Of a stretch of 64,000 bases of DNA, positions 1 to 13,727 are shown piece after piece. The notes below the pieces were generated by a model. That model made no database searches. It was not told where the DNA came from and saw only the letters and a list, made by a program, of their open reading frames with translations. Both the position numbers and the translations under genes were made by a program. The first letter of the stretch is position 1. Each line of letters starts with the position of its first letter. The DNA comes from Eledone cirrhosa (Eukaryota): positions 23,808,001 through 23,872,000 of the forward strand of contig OZ024743.1 in the NCBI GenBank assembly GCA_964016885.1. The letters are read 5' to 3'.

Positions 1-51
1 GTGATCGTGTATAACTGGAAGTCAGTAATGGTTGTTGGATGTTAATTTGAA

Positions 52-262
52 TTAACCCTTTAGCATTTACATTATTCAATATTTACTATTGCATTTTCAT
101 GGTAAACATTTTATTTCACACATTTATCTCACAAAATATTGAATCTACGAGAATTTGATATTATTTATTCTAACATATGAGCAGCCAGTTATAGCTGGTT
201 TGAACAGAAAGAGATGAGATAATTCTGGCCAGATATGGCCTGTTTAGATCCTAAAGGGTTAA
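52..262. mobile_element. TTAA-flanked piggyBac-type MITE (about 210 bp)
   Basis: TTAA-CCCTTTAGCATT...CTAAAGGG-TTAA. Confidence 0.88.
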
Positions 263-616
263 GGAACTAAAAAGCTATGATCTATACTAACTAAGAATCG
301 CAAACACTGCATCTTGTACATTCTGTGATGTAATGGACAAATTAGCAGAGACAACCGGGTCAAGAGAACCTTTAATCTGGCTAAGGACATGACCATATCT
401 CTATTGTAGGTGCTACAATAAATTATACCCAGGACACCTTATAAAGTGGTTGGCCATCAAATTTGGACAATGTATGGTACAGAGGTCTGTTTGGACTTGT
501 TGTGGGTGTGACAACTTCTCTAGCATTACATGTCGGTGCTGTATTAAAAATCTTTTTAGAAGAGGACAAGTTAGACATTCTTCAACACAGTATATATGTG
601 TGTGTGTGTGTATATA

Positions 617-850
617 TCATCATCATTTCATTTTACGTCCGCTTTTCTCTGCTTGCAAGGGTGGGACGGGAACTGATTCTGGCTTGATTTCTACAGCTGG
701 ATGCCCTTCCTAACACCAACCTCATTTACAGTAAGTGCTGGATGCTTTTTTGCTGTGGCACCTCCACGACCACTTTGCAGTGAAGTGATATGGACCCCAG
801 TCCCTATCATCTCATTTCTACAGCTGAGTAAACTGGAGCAATGTGAAAAT
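617..850 (-). mobile_element. SINE family B, 5'-truncated
   Basis: Reverse complement of the family B 3' part. Confidence 0.85.
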
Positions 851-1785
851 ATCATCATCATTTAATGTCCATTTTCCACGCTAGCATGGGTAGGATGGGC
901 TGTACCGTTGTGAGAGATTCAAGTCGAAGGACCATGTTTCGTTCACACAGAACTGATTTTGGCTTGGTTTCTATGGCTGGATGCCCTGCTGGAATATACA
1001 CACATATATACTAAGTTCTACACACTTCTGCAAGAATATATTGAGCACTTTCTCACATACATATATGTGTATGCCTGCATGTATGCTTATGTTTGTAAAT
1101 CACATTTCTTCACTTATATATATAGCTCCGAAGCTTTTTTTTTTTTAATAATGCATTCTGAATTTTCAAGAATTTTTTGTTTTCAATTTATACTTTTGAA
1201 AGACAGCATGCAACCCTCAAATGAATATTGTTATGTTATTTACTCATGAACTGCCCTTTTCTTTGCTTACCTTTTTTTTCCTTGTCAGAGTTACAAATCT
1301 GGCACTACAGTTAGAAACAAAAAAATAAAAGAGAAAAGTAAAGAAAAAAAATCTGTCTACAGTTTTGCCATACTGCTAGCTGAAATAACTGAAATCTTTC
1401 AACAGACATATCATTCCCACTGTTTCTTTGTTTCTCATTTCAGTTCTGTGTTTTTTTTTTTTCATATTTTGTTTTGGTTTATTTATTCATTTGTTTTGGG
1501 GGGTTTTTTTTTTTGATACCTGTACGTTTTTGTTTTGTTTAGCTCTTACATCATTTCTTTATTATGTATACTTTATCACCTGTTTTTGCCCACCTCACCC
1601 TATTCTACTTAACTTTAAGTTGCCCTTGTTTTAATATCACCCAGTTTTTTTTTTGTCTGTATATTATTTAATTATATTTATACCACTTCTTATACCACCA
1701 TCAGATGTGTATATTCAGAATGTGTTTAAGAGTACATCAGCATTTACATTACTGGACAATATATATATATGTATGTGTGTGTGTA

Positions 1786-1826
<41 letters not shown>

Positions 1827-2081
1827 GTACACAAAAAATGTTGTGGGATGACGGGTAGACTAACAGGAAAGGAAGACTTTGTATGAAGATGCACAGGAGT
1901 AATAGAGGGAAAGAGTGACAGTGATGTAAACCTCTTCAAGTGACAGGAAGGATCCATAGAAGTGGTTGATAACTTCTGCTATCTGGGTGACTTAATTAGC
2001 AGTGGAGGAGGGTGCTCTGAGAGCATAATAGCTAGAATAAGGATAAAATGGAAGAAGTTTAGAGAGCTACTCCCACTGTTA
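1827..2081 (+). mobile_element. Degenerate RTE LINE fragment related to 25197-26578
   Basis: Translates VHKKCCGMTGRL...IEVVDNFCYLGDLISSGGGCSESIIARIRIKWKKFRELLPLL with in-frame stops. Confidence 0.85.
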
Positions 2082-2351
2082 AGAGTCATGACAGATAGCA
2101 GCAGTAGTGGGTGATGGTGAGACTAGGTGTCAACCAAGAGCCACATTATTAGACATTATATATACGTAGGGATCCCATTGGTCAACTTACGGTTAAGATC
2201 CATGGGGACATGCATTGGGATCACACACAGAACCATATGATTGAAAAACAAATTTCTTGACTGTACAGCCATGTCTGCTAATATATTTCTTCAAATTTTG
2301 CTGTGAAAAGAAAAGAAAGTGGGTTATGTATAGAAGTTATATATATATATA

Positions 2352-2822
2352 TCTAAACTATAATAAAGTAAGGAGTACGGGACTTCGTACGGTTTATAAT
2401 TTTTTATCCCATTAGTAAAATAAGTTGGATTACTTTGAATAAATAATGGATGAATATTACATAATTTATCTACTAAATTTTGTGGCTGTTGATTAAATAT
2501 ATTTTGTTTATTTACAGATTCACTTCTTTAAAATTTTTGAAATGTCAACACTTGCGGTTGGCCATCGCTTAAATAAACATACTAATTTTCTCCTAATGCA
2601 GTTTATATATAATATCGTCTTTTTTAATGTATCATGGATTATGTTACTGATTAAATAGGGTGTAACGCAGCCTTCGTTCAATTTCTATGTATTATATATT
2701 GTCAATTACGATTTTATTTGATGTATCATATCTACATTTGATGTATCATACCTGTGTATAATATCAATATACACACTACATATGCTAGCAGAAAACCACC
2801 CGAAGGGTGGTTTTTCTGCTAG
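2352..2822 (+). mobile_element. Non-autonomous Helitron-like element
   Basis: A^TC start, ends with palindrome CTAGCAGAAAACCACCC-GAA-GGGTGGTTTTTCTGCTAG^T. Confidence 0.6.
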
Positions 2823-2900
2823 TATACATATAATGAAGGAAGTGTAGTAAGGAACCAGGTGGACCATAACGCACCAGAGTACTCGATACTTAGGGGGTGA

Positions 2901-3022
2901 TATGAAAAGAGTCAGGACCCTGACGGCTGAGCTGCGGCCATTTCGACAGCTATTTCAGAACATGTTCTGACCTACCTGTCGAAACGGCTGGAGCTCAGCC
3001 GTCAGGGTTGACTCTTTTCATA
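2901..3022. repeat. About 120-nt near-perfect hairpin
   Basis: TATGAAAAGAGTCA..CCCTGACGGCTGAGCT..TTTCGACAG..TCAGAAC|AT|GTTCTGA..CTGTCGAAA..AGCTCAGCCGTCAGGG..TGACTCTTTTCATA. Confidence 0.9.
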
Positions 3023-3099
3023 TTTATAATAATAATAATAATAATAATAATAGGTATAAATGGAAGTTGTAGCTGCAGTAGAGTAGATACCAGTTGGAT

Positions 3100-3130
<31 letters not shown>

Positions 3131-4595
3131 CATCATCATCATTTTATGTCCGCTTTTCCCTGCTTGCAAGGGTGGTATGGGTCGTCTTCATTTGTCACGG
3201 TCCTTTGTCATCTCTTCAGCGATCTGAGGTCACCCATGTATTTCACGGTCTTCCTATATATATCAATATCAAGTTAGTTACAGATTTTCTGTTAACATCT
3301 ATTAGATTTTATTCATGTTTGTTTACTTGATTTTTTTTTTTTTTTTTTTTTTTTTTGAGCATGTGTGAAATGGGAGTAACTTGAGTCAAGAGTTCAAATC
3401 TACCATAGATATTTTATTGCAACTATGAACATGATACCTTATTCAAATTACCTTCATTCAATTAATTATGATATAAAAAAAAAAAAAGGTCAGAAGCTGG
3501 TACAGTGGTTGTAAAAATGTTATCAACATTAAATAAAAGCTTTCTATTAAATTGTAACTTTTCACTTCTCAGATCTATTTAATACTTGTGGAAAAATGAG
3601 GCTAAGTCGCAATTTTGAAACATTTGCTTTAGTTCTCTAAGGAGGGTTTTCTTCCTTTTTTTAATTTACTTATGTGAATGTGTATTAATGCTTTCTTTCT
3701 TCAGCCTTATTTAATGAATATCTTGCATATTGCTAGCTTTAAAGATGTTGGTTAATAGTGAGGAAATCTCCACGATATGTCCCTTTTTCATCTTTCTGAT
3801 AACCAGAGTGGAATAAAATGTGTCTAATGAGCAATAACTGACATTTCATATGTGAAAAGAATCTGCTCAGCTTTTCTCTAAACATCAAACATTTCCAGAC
3901 ATGCCATACATATAACAACAAAACAGTAGAGGCTGTGTTGGCAGCAATAATGGTGTGGTGGTAAATTTATTTTGCTAGCGTGGAAAATGGACGTTAAACG
4001 ATGATGATGATGTTAAGCACCGCCTCACAGCTCCCAGTTTCACCTACTTGGAATAGTTGCTTCAGATGATCTTCTAATCACATTCTTTGAAATAATATTA
4101 TGATTTCATCATCATCATTATATAACGTCCATCTTTCCTGCTATTATGGGTTGTACAGGTCTTCACAGACCAAGTTAGTACTCAAGCAGACCTACTGACT
4201 TCTGAGCTGGGCCAGGGGCCTACTTCTCATTTACATATGTTCCTGTGCTCTACCAAGTGCATTTTATCATAGTATCAACACTAGGGTGGTTGTCATGTCT
4301 TTGACACAGCTGAAGAGTCTTCCTGACTCTCTGTTTGGGAAGTTTTCTACAAGTGAATTCCCTTCTTATCATCAACCACTTTACAGATTGTACTGGGTGT
4401 AGATCACCAACACTGGGGATCAGGGTTGTCATTTCCTTGACACAACTAAAGAGATTTCTGTTAGTTAGTCCTTAGCTAATTCTGACAAATGACCATAATG
4501 ATAAACAGATTGGAATTCGCTGGCTACTGTATTTCAGTATTGCTTGACCATTTAATTTATATTTATTTCTGATTAGCTTTTCAATGTTCTCTTCC

Positions 4596-4812
4596 TTAAC
4601 CCTTTAACATTTACATTACTCTATATTTACTATTATATTTTCACGGTAAAGGCTTTACCTCACATAATTATCTCACATAATATCAAATCTATGAGATTTT
4701 GATATTATTTATTTTGAGAACAATACCTCATCATAAGTATGAACAGCTGGTTATGGCCGGTTTGAACAGAAAGAGGTGTGAAAATTCTAGCTGGATACAG
4801 CTAGTTTAAATA
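4596..4812. mobile_element. piggyBac-type MITE, right TIR eroded
   Basis: Same family internal sequence and left TIR. Confidence 0.8.
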
Positions 4813-6532
4813 TGTTACTTATTTTCATGCAGAGTATGATATCTCTGAATTACTATTTTCTAAACAACTCTATTTAAATGGCAACCAATGTAGAATTTTG
4901 TATATGTACAATGTACAATGCTTTCTCCACTACTTTTACATGTACAATGAAGGCTATGCTCTACTGATGAGGCCAACATAAAATCAAGACATATCTACAG
5001 TTGTCTTCTCTACTTGACAGAAATATGAAAATAATATTAGTCATTTGCTTACTCATATTTTCATTTTTCTCTTCCATTGGATGTGAATGGTTATAGAGTT
5101 AATATATTCAAAGGAGCCAAAGTTATTTTAGTCTTAATAGTAAGAACAGTATGCAATTCTGTGATTCTATTGTAAATAATGCAATGAATTGGTCAGGATT
5201 TTAGTGGCATTTCGTTCCTAAAGTATATCCTTAAATCCTTAAATCAGACAAGGGGCAAGAATGAGTTCAGTAAAACAAATCATAGTATGAATCAGATATG
5301 AGATTTTGTATAACCCAACAATCGACATTCAGTATACTGATAAGTAAATGTCTGGCAATTTGACAGAAACTCATGCTACAAGTGCTTACAATACATTGTT
5401 TTGTTGTTTTTTCACTTAACCATAATTTTTTTTTTTTTTTTTTTTTTTTTCATTTGCTTTCACAGCACTACCATCATCTCCAGAGATAGACTGAACTGGC
5501 ATATAGACTGTAAAAGAGCCCTCCTCAGTTGTGATTAAGTTAACAGAAGTTGATGGTTTTCAATTTGTTTGTTTTCTTTGAATTTTCTGCAGGTTTAGCA
5601 GTGGTGTTGGTCAAAATGAATGAAATTTATTGTGCGTGTGTGTGAGTATGTGGAAAGAGTATTTTGTTATGTAAGCAACATTAGCTATTGCGATGTTTTT
5701 TTTTATCCCCAAGTCAGTCTTAATTATCAGGGACATCCAGTCATGGCTACGCTGTCTTTTTTTTTTTTTTTTTTTTTTTTTCTCCTTATGTTCAGATACC
5801 TCAGAACCATGTTCAGTGTGTCCTTTTTTAAGACTGAAGAATCATTCTAGCAGATAAGCGACAACATAAAGGCTCCCTTGTTTTGAGTGTTGGTTATGGT
5901 TCAGAAGGGGGATATATATCATGATATGTTACTATTCATAATAATACACATATACTGTTTCTATCTACATGTGTGTTTTATTCAGTTAATAAACCTTTTG
6001 GTGGTATGTCTTTCCTTGCCTAGTTTAACACCACCACCACCACTAATTGGACCTTGGAGCCCTTTACAGTACTTCATTCTGTTTGCAAGCATTTAAACCA
6101 TCCCCGGGTTCACACCTTGCACACATTTTTCTTTCTAACATTGAACTTCAAGAACCATGGCTACTGCCCATCTACTACGCTTGATTAACTGATCATGTAT
6201 CAAGGGTGATGTGCAACCAATGTCTATCTTTTCAGCACTATTAATGAATATAGACAGTTTTGTTGTTATTAAACTCGGTCAACTCTGATCAAGCAGATTA
6301 ATGATAAAAAATGCTCCAGCTGTGACTATCTTATTGTTTGTTCATCCTTTATTCAGACACTTCATTTACAACTATACTATCTTTTTGAAGTGAAAAAGAT
6401 GTGGCTGCTGTTTCTAGCAGGTTAAACTTTTTGATACCAAACTGCCTGAAACCAGCTATGGTTCTACAATACTAAGCTGTGTATTTTAACATGTTTTTAT
6501 TTACCTAACAACCTTTCTGTGTACCCTAGATA

Positions 6533-6718
6533 AATAATTGTTTCTACTTTTGGCACAAGGCCAGCAATTACCCAATACATTACTGGTACTTTATTTTATC
6601 GACCCCGTAAGGATGAAAGGCAAAGTTAACCTCGGCGGGATTTAAACTCAGACCGTAAAGGGACGTAACTATGCTGGAAAGCATAGCGTCCGACTCTCTA
6701 CTGATACTGCCAATCCAC
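6533..6718 (-). mobile_element. tRNA-derived SINE, family A (Meta-like central domain)
   Basis: A box TGGCAGTATCAGTAG, B box GAGTTTAAATCC, body TTGCCTTTCATCCTTACGGGGTCGATAAAATAAAGTACCAG. Confidence 0.85.
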
Positions 6719-7131
6719 AAATAATGAGAAAGTTATTTACTAAATCCCTTTAAATTCATAATTATTTTCAAAATGATGTCAAAATTATATGCAATGTCTT
6801 TCATTAGAAATATGGTAACAAATGGATTAAGTGACCACATATAGGCTCCTCATTGGCTCATTTGACAATGTGATTGTAATTAACATCCTGTAATAACTTA
6901 ACTGAAAATATCTAAAAGCAGGTTTGTTAATTCAAATGTTTATAGAAAGGTTATTAGTGGACAGATTGGTGTGTAAATTTGCAAGATACTAAAGAAAAGA
7001 CTTTAGATTAAAAAATCTGATACTGCCATAGTGTACTTTTCAAATATGTCTTGCTAATCCAGTTCCATGCAATTCCGGATGTGAGAAGTTAAACGTGAGG
7101 CTTATTTTTCTGTTACACCTCCTCTATTCAG

Positions 7132-7348
7132 TTAACCCTTTAGCATTTAAATTACTCTATATTCACTACTGTATTTTTGTAATAAAAGGCTTTACCTCAC
7201 ATAATATCAAATCTACAAGATTTTGATGTTATTTATTTTGAAAACAATACCTTAACATCAGTATGAGCAACCAGTTATGGCCAGTTTGAACAGAGATAGA
7301 TGAGAGAATTCTGGCCGGATATGGCCGGTTTAAATGCTAAAGGGTTAA
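7132..7348. mobile_element. piggyBac-type MITE
   Basis: TIR CCCTTTAGCATTTAAA / TTTAAATGCTAAAGGG with TTAA target duplication. Confidence 0.92.
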
Positions 7349-8400
7349 CCCGGTTCCAGTTTTTCTCAACATGGCCTGTCTTGGTGCCAACCTAAGGTAT
7401 GCTATGTCAAAGTAGCTGGAAGTCTGTCCAGCCATCATCACCTAGTAGCCCTGGACATATCTTGCTAGTTCTTGAATGTTCTATCTTAGCTATAACTACT
7501 TACTACTCACAGATAACTAACTTCATGCTACATTGGCTACTTGTATATTTTTTTCTTTTTTCAGTTCACCCTGTAAAATAAAACAAATATGTAAACAAAC
7601 AAACATCTTTTTATATCTCCCTCTTCCCCCCTCCCACACACTCTGCCTCTCTCTCTCAAAATAACTGCATATCTTTGGTCTTATTTGATTTTTTTTTTCT
7701 TTCTTTATATCTTCTTTTTTTTACTTAATAATAATAATAATGATAATAATCATGTCATTTCTATTATGCTGCCATAAACGTCATCCTTTCTTTGGTGAAT
7801 ATTTGGCAAGATTGAGCTATGATATGTATTTAGAAAGGTGGGTGTTGAGTAGTAGTAGTAGTAGTTTCTAAATAAATAAATAAAAATTATACATAAAATA
7901 AATCACTTAGGTATTTTTTCTAGATGCTTAATAATTGTTGCTTATTGTTTGTTTGTTTTTGATTTTTTGTTGTTGTTGGTGGTGCCAGATGAGTGGGAGG
8001 TGGCTTTTTATATTTTCCAGATGTCATTTGAGGGGACTGGCGAAATGGGTGGGTGGTGGAATTTACCTGGTTTGTATTGTGATGATGATGAATAACTTAG
8101 ATATGGTTATTCAGATGTACAAACAAACACCACACACACACATGCAGACACTCTTGCACACAGTTTTCAGTAAGTGACTGAGAATGTGTATTTACATGGT
8201 GTACTAAACTAGGCATAATATGCAGTGCTGGTAGTCTATGCTCCTTGGTGGTGTTGTTCAGAGCCAAGACATAAGAAAGAAACTTAAGAGAATTCTGTTG
8301 GTTCTTTAAGGAGAAACATTTTATTTACGCACTCACTCACACACATGCATACCTATGTGGGTGTATGTGTGTATGTAATATATATATATATATATATATA

Positions 8401-8686
8401 TAAGCCTAAAGTCTGTCTTAAGCCAGAAGGCTCATTTGGCCGGTGCTTATCTCGGTTTCATGGCTTGAAGCGACTGAGAGTACAAGACTCTCCCCTTGGA
8501 CAGGACGCCAGTCCATCACAGGGTTAAACCCCTGGCTATTGCTGGTACTCATTTTCAGCTGAGTGTACTGGAGTAATGTGAAATAAAGTGTTTTGCTCAA
8601 GAACACAACACGCAACCCAGGAATCGAACTCACAACATTATGATCGTAAGTCCAACACCTTTACCACTAGACCACGTGCCTCCACT
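8401..8686 (-). mobile_element. tRNA-head CORE-like SINE, family C
   Basis: Head and core like family B, different 3' half (CCCTGTGATGGACTGGCGTCCTGTCC..GAAACCGAGATAAGC); sits in (TA)n. Confidence 0.82.
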
Positions 8687-8689
8687 ATG

Positions 8690-8729
<40 letters not shown>

Positions 8730-9227
8730 ATGCATTTCACTTAAAATTCTATCCTAAATATTTCTAGCTTCATGTTTTCTTTTTTCTGTATCAATTTTGA
8801 GGTGGTAGTTGAAGTGTGGTGGTGGTTCTATGATTAAACTCCAAAATAGAGATTAAGATCTCATTACATTCTCTTCAATGCCCTAACATTAACTAATATG
8901 GAATAGCATAATATCCACGCACACACACACACATACACCCACATACATGCATTCACCTAGATAGAGTTTGGTATGTTTGTGTGTGTGGATATTATAGAAT
9001 AGGATGAATACCCATGTATTTTTAGGAAGAAAAAAAGAAAAAAATGTGTGTGTGTGTGTGTATGTATGTATATATATATATATATTAGTGTATGCATATG
9101 AGAAAAATTATCTATGTTCCAAAGTCCATGCTATGATGACTTATAACAGAGGTTCTCAGTGTCCAATGAGTCGGAAAAATACTTCAGTATTTTCTTCTTT
9201 TTTTTATCCAATGCTGTAACTGCCAAT

Positions 9228-9262
<35 letters not shown>

Positions 9263-10516
9263 ATATGTATATATGTGTGTACATGTATATATGTGTGTGT
9301 ATATATGTATTTAATACATTCTATACATACCAAGAATTTTTCCTTATTTATATTTTTCTCAAATGTCATGGGGAGAAATACTTTTGAAAAGGTTTGAATA
9401 GTTGTTTTCTAGTCTACCTAGTATTTAAAAAAACACAAAATAGAAATTGTGATTTTCTAGTTAGATAACAAATCAATTTTTTTTTTTCATGTCAATATGT
9501 GTTTACTAAATTCCAATGCATTCGTACTTACACTGGATTAATTCTTCCAAATGCCGATCAGCAGCCAAATTCTTTGTCTACAGCAAAAAAAAAAATATAA
9601 GTAGTAATAGTAAATAAGTAGAAAATAAAGTTTAGATTATATATACTTTATGCCAATCCCTACTAAATTTTGACTCATTGTTTACTAGAGTTGAAATAGT
9701 TGTCTTTATAGTTATCATTATCATCATCGTCATTATTTTTACATGTTTTTCCATGGGTTTGATGAGACTTCTTAGGGCACTTGGTGCCTTTGTTGATGCC
9801 AACTCATACTTTTATTGAGTACGGTATATACCAGTCATTTTTGTCAAACTGCTTAGCTGCAGGGCATATTGTTTATGTAAAACATAAACAAACGACACCA
9901 CTTGCTATGTTGATATGAAAACACAGACACAGATGTGCACATGTGTATGCACACAAGTATTCATATTCAGTGGGTTTTTCATTTTTCATCTATCAAGTTT
10001 ACTGACCAAACATTGGACAACCCAAGTCTATATCAGAAGATCCTTGCCCAAGGTGCCACACAATGGGATTGAACCTAACACCAAATGGTTGCAATGCAAA
10101 CCACTCAAGTAGGCCTACACCTATTTAGTTATAATTGCAAAGATGAAATGGCCAAACATGAAAAAATCTAAATGCTAAACTCACTCACTGGGCAAGACAC
10201 TTAATTCTGCATTTCTTCCATATATATATTTCTTGTGAAAGTTCTGATAAAGATCCTTATGACAGTTGAGTCTTATCCAGATTAAGATTGATTTCCCATT
10301 TCCAGAAATCAAATTTAACTCTTTAGTTTTCTTATCTCTGCCTGAGTCTTTCATGTAATTTGTAAAATAATAAAACATTTCGAGTTGTTTAGTAAAATTA
10401 AAATAAGTGACATTTGTAAAAATATTTATTGCTGTGTTAAAACTAATCTTGGTAATACAACTGCACAAAACATGTTTGCCTACAGACATCTTGTGTAATA
10501 TGTTTGAGATTTTAAT

Positions 10517-10935
10517 TTAACCCTTTAGAATGTAAACTGGCTATATCCGGCCAGAATTCACTCACCTCTTTCTGTTCAAACCGACCGTAAATGGCCGCTC
10601 ATACTGTTGTTAACCCTTTAATGTTCAAACCGGCCAAAGCCAGCCAGAATTCTCTACCTCTTTCTGTTGAAACTGGCTGTAACTGGTCGCTCAAACTGAT
10701 GTTACGGTATTGTTCTCGAAATAAATACTTTAAAAATCTTATAGATTCGATATTATGTGAGATAATTATGCTAGGTAAAGCCTTTACCATGAAAATATAA
10801 TAGTATATATAGAGTAATGGGTTAAGGTATTGTTCTCGACATCAAAATCTCATAGATTCAATATTATGTGAGATAAAGCCTTTACCACAAAAATACAATA
10901 GTATATATAGAGTAATGTAAATACTAAAGGGTTAA
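10517..10935. mobile_element. piggyBac-type MITE with a second copy nested at 10610-10825
   Basis: Outer element split at its internal TTAA by the inner copy. Confidence 0.9.
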
Positions 10936-11140
10936 ATATGAGTACCTGGAGTGTGTTTCCTTTCATTCATTTAGGTTTGATAAAATGAGCCAGTCTAGAG
11001 TGATGAATTGGCAGAATTGTTAAAATATCAGACAAGATGCTTTGTGTTGTTCCGGTTCTTTACACTGATTTTAAATTTGGCTCTTACTATGACTTGACTT
11101 AATTCATTACCAAATTTCACAGCACCACTTGAACCTTGGA

Positions 11141-11346
11141 TTCCTTTAACATGTCCATTACTCTATATACACTATTGTATTTTTGTGGTAAAGTCTTTAC
11201 CTCACATAATTATCTCACATAATATTGAATCCAAGGGATTTTGATTGTATTTATTTTGAGAACAATACCATCACGTCAGTATGAGTAGCCAGTTTTAACA
11301 GAAATAGGTGAGAGAATTATGGCCGGTTTAAATGTGAAAAGGTTAA
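11141..11346. mobile_element. piggyBac-type MITE, diverged
   Basis: Same family internal sequence. Confidence 0.8.
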
Positions 11347-12437
11347 TGGAGTCCACTCTGTTGCAAAGCATTCAGACTGGACTCTTCAATTTTAGAGTAC
11401 CTTCTCCTTCCTCTTAAACAATAAAAGAAATAAATAATGAATATTGGAAAAGTTAAGCATTGTTTAGCCATTTTATGGAGTCTTGTAATTTATTCAAAAA
11501 CTTCATTTTAACTACAACCAAAAAAAATTCTCTTGTGGTCATCAAAGGTTGGAAAAACTTTGGGTTAATGAATTTTGAAGACGACAACATGTGTAGTTTA
11601 TTGTTGGGTGGAGAATGATTGGTGCACTGTTTGGTTTTCAAGAGCGCTGCGGTTGAGGCTACGTTCTCACACAATGCCTTATCTCTCCGCTGTCTTATTA
11701 TGTCTGCAAAATATGACTGGTAAAGAGCATTAACACCATTCTGCAGACACTTATTCCTGTCCCTCACCTACACACCCTGCATATTCTTCTCCGTTTCAGC
11801 TTGGCCAAAGTGAAAGAGAGAAAGCTTTCATAGATAGCATCACTACCACATAGGAATTCAGACTTCTTGAGTTTAAGAAAAAATGTTTGTAATGACAAAA
11901 AAGAAACAGATGAGAGGGAAAAAGAAAAAAGAAATATGAAAAAATACATGAAACAAATATATTCTTTATTTCATTTTCTTTTTTCTTTTCTTTCCATTTC
12001 TTTTTCTCTCCACATCCTCAAGATTAATTCCTCTCTCTTTCTCTCTACAATATATCATGTGTTCTATGCCATTTTTCTGTTCTCTTTGTTGTTCATACCT
12101 CTTCCCTGCAAAGGATTAGTGCAAAGGTTCTCTCTCTCTACCTCCATAGAAGAAGAAAAAAACATTTTGTTTCTTTTTCTTCTCTCCCCTCTGCTCATCA
12201 CACCAGCACCAATGCACCTCTTTTTCTTTGAGATGTTATTTCTACTACCATTGCCACCATCATCACCATATTCATATTTTGTTTTCAGTGTCTGTGTGTG
12301 TTTCTTTATGCCTGTTGAACAATCATGCTAATATTCCAACAGGCCTCTTCAGAGATATACTAGGAATTCTTAGTTGAAAATTCAACATGCATGTAAAAGT
12401 CACAAAACATTGTTGATGTTTTGTGGTATGTGTGTGT

Positions 12438-12484
<47 letters not shown>

Positions 12485-12574
12485 TGTTGGCTAATAATAA
12501 TTGTTTCTACTTTAGGCACAAGGTCAGCAATTAACCAGTTCATTACTGGTACTTTATTTTTTTACTAATAATAA

Positions 12575-12756
12575 CAATGTTTCTACTTTTGGCACAAGGC
12601 CAGCAATTACCCCAGAGCATTACTGGTGCTTTATTTTATCGACCCTGTAAAAATGAAAAGCAAAGTTAACCTTGGCGGGATTTGAACTCGGAGCGTAAAG
12701 GGCCATAACTCTATGCTGCAAAGGATGGTGTCTGACGCTCTACTGATACTGCCAAA
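12575..12756 (-). mobile_element. SINE family A, within a cluster of partial copies at 12495-13025
   Basis: Same body sequence. Confidence 0.8.
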
Positions 12757-13026
12757 CATAATAATAATAATAGTTTCTAATATTGGCACAAGACCAATAA
12801 TTTGGGGTACAGTATATAACTGGTATTTTATCTTATCAACCCCAGAAGAATAAAAGGTGGGATTTGAACTCAGAATGTAAAAATTCATAATTAAATGCCA
12901 TTAAGCATTTTGTTTGACACTCTACAAATAATGCCAATAAAATAAAGCACCAGTGTAGTACTGGGGTTAATTTAATCTTTCCCACCAAAATTGCTGGCCT
13001 TGTACCTAAATTAGAAACCATTACTA

Positions 13027-13242
13027 TTAACCCTTTAGCATTTACATTACTCTATATTTACTATTATTTTTTCATGTTAAATACTTTATCTCACATAATA
13101 TCGACTCTATGAGATTTTGATGTTATTTATTTTGAGAACAATACCTAAACATAAGTATCAGTGGCAAGTTACAACTGGTTTGAACAGAAAGATGTGAGGG
13201 AATTCTGGCCAGATATGGCCAATTTAAATGCTAAAGGGTTAA
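13027..13242. mobile_element. piggyBac-type MITE
   Basis: Both TIRs and TTAA duplication. Confidence 0.92.
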
Positions 13243-13727
13243 TGTGTATTAGTGGAGGCTGATAGACTGGTCGTATAAGTAGAACAATGGACAAAATACT
13301 TTGCTGTATTTAGTCAAGATTTTCTACATTCTGAATTCAAATCCTGCTGAAATCAACTTTGCCTTTCATCCTTTCAAGGTTGATGGAATTAAGTACTAGT
13401 AAAAAACTTGGGGACAATATAATTGACTTTCCCCTCCCCACAAATTGCTTACTTTGTGTATTAGTGTATTTATGAACTGTATTTGAATATAATCAACCAT
13501 ATTTCAACCTTCTATAGATTTAGGATTTCATTTAGGAATGTCTTTGTGTTCTCAGGAGTTTTAGAATACTTAACAATTTACTTGTTTCTAATTTTATATA
13601 CAAAATTTCTGATTGTCGACATTACTGACAATTGATCCTTGAATTATGTCCCAGAGGGTCCTTGAAAAATTTAATGATAATATATCTGTTTAATGATTGG
13701 AATGGAATGAGTTTTAGATATATACAA

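Noticed and set aside
4960-5010. CTGATGA motif
   Set aside because: No GAAA or consistent stems.
5330-5390. CTGATAA...GAAAC hammerhead-like spacing
   Set aside because: Core G8 is mutated and stems are poor; at most a relic.
11453-12331. ORFs of 104 and 154 aa
   Set aside because: No recognisable domain; composition follows the low-complexity tracts.
12285-12362. Minus-strand CTGAAGA with an 8-bp stem and nearby GAAAC
   Set aside because: Extra bases before GAAA, no NUH site and no stem I.
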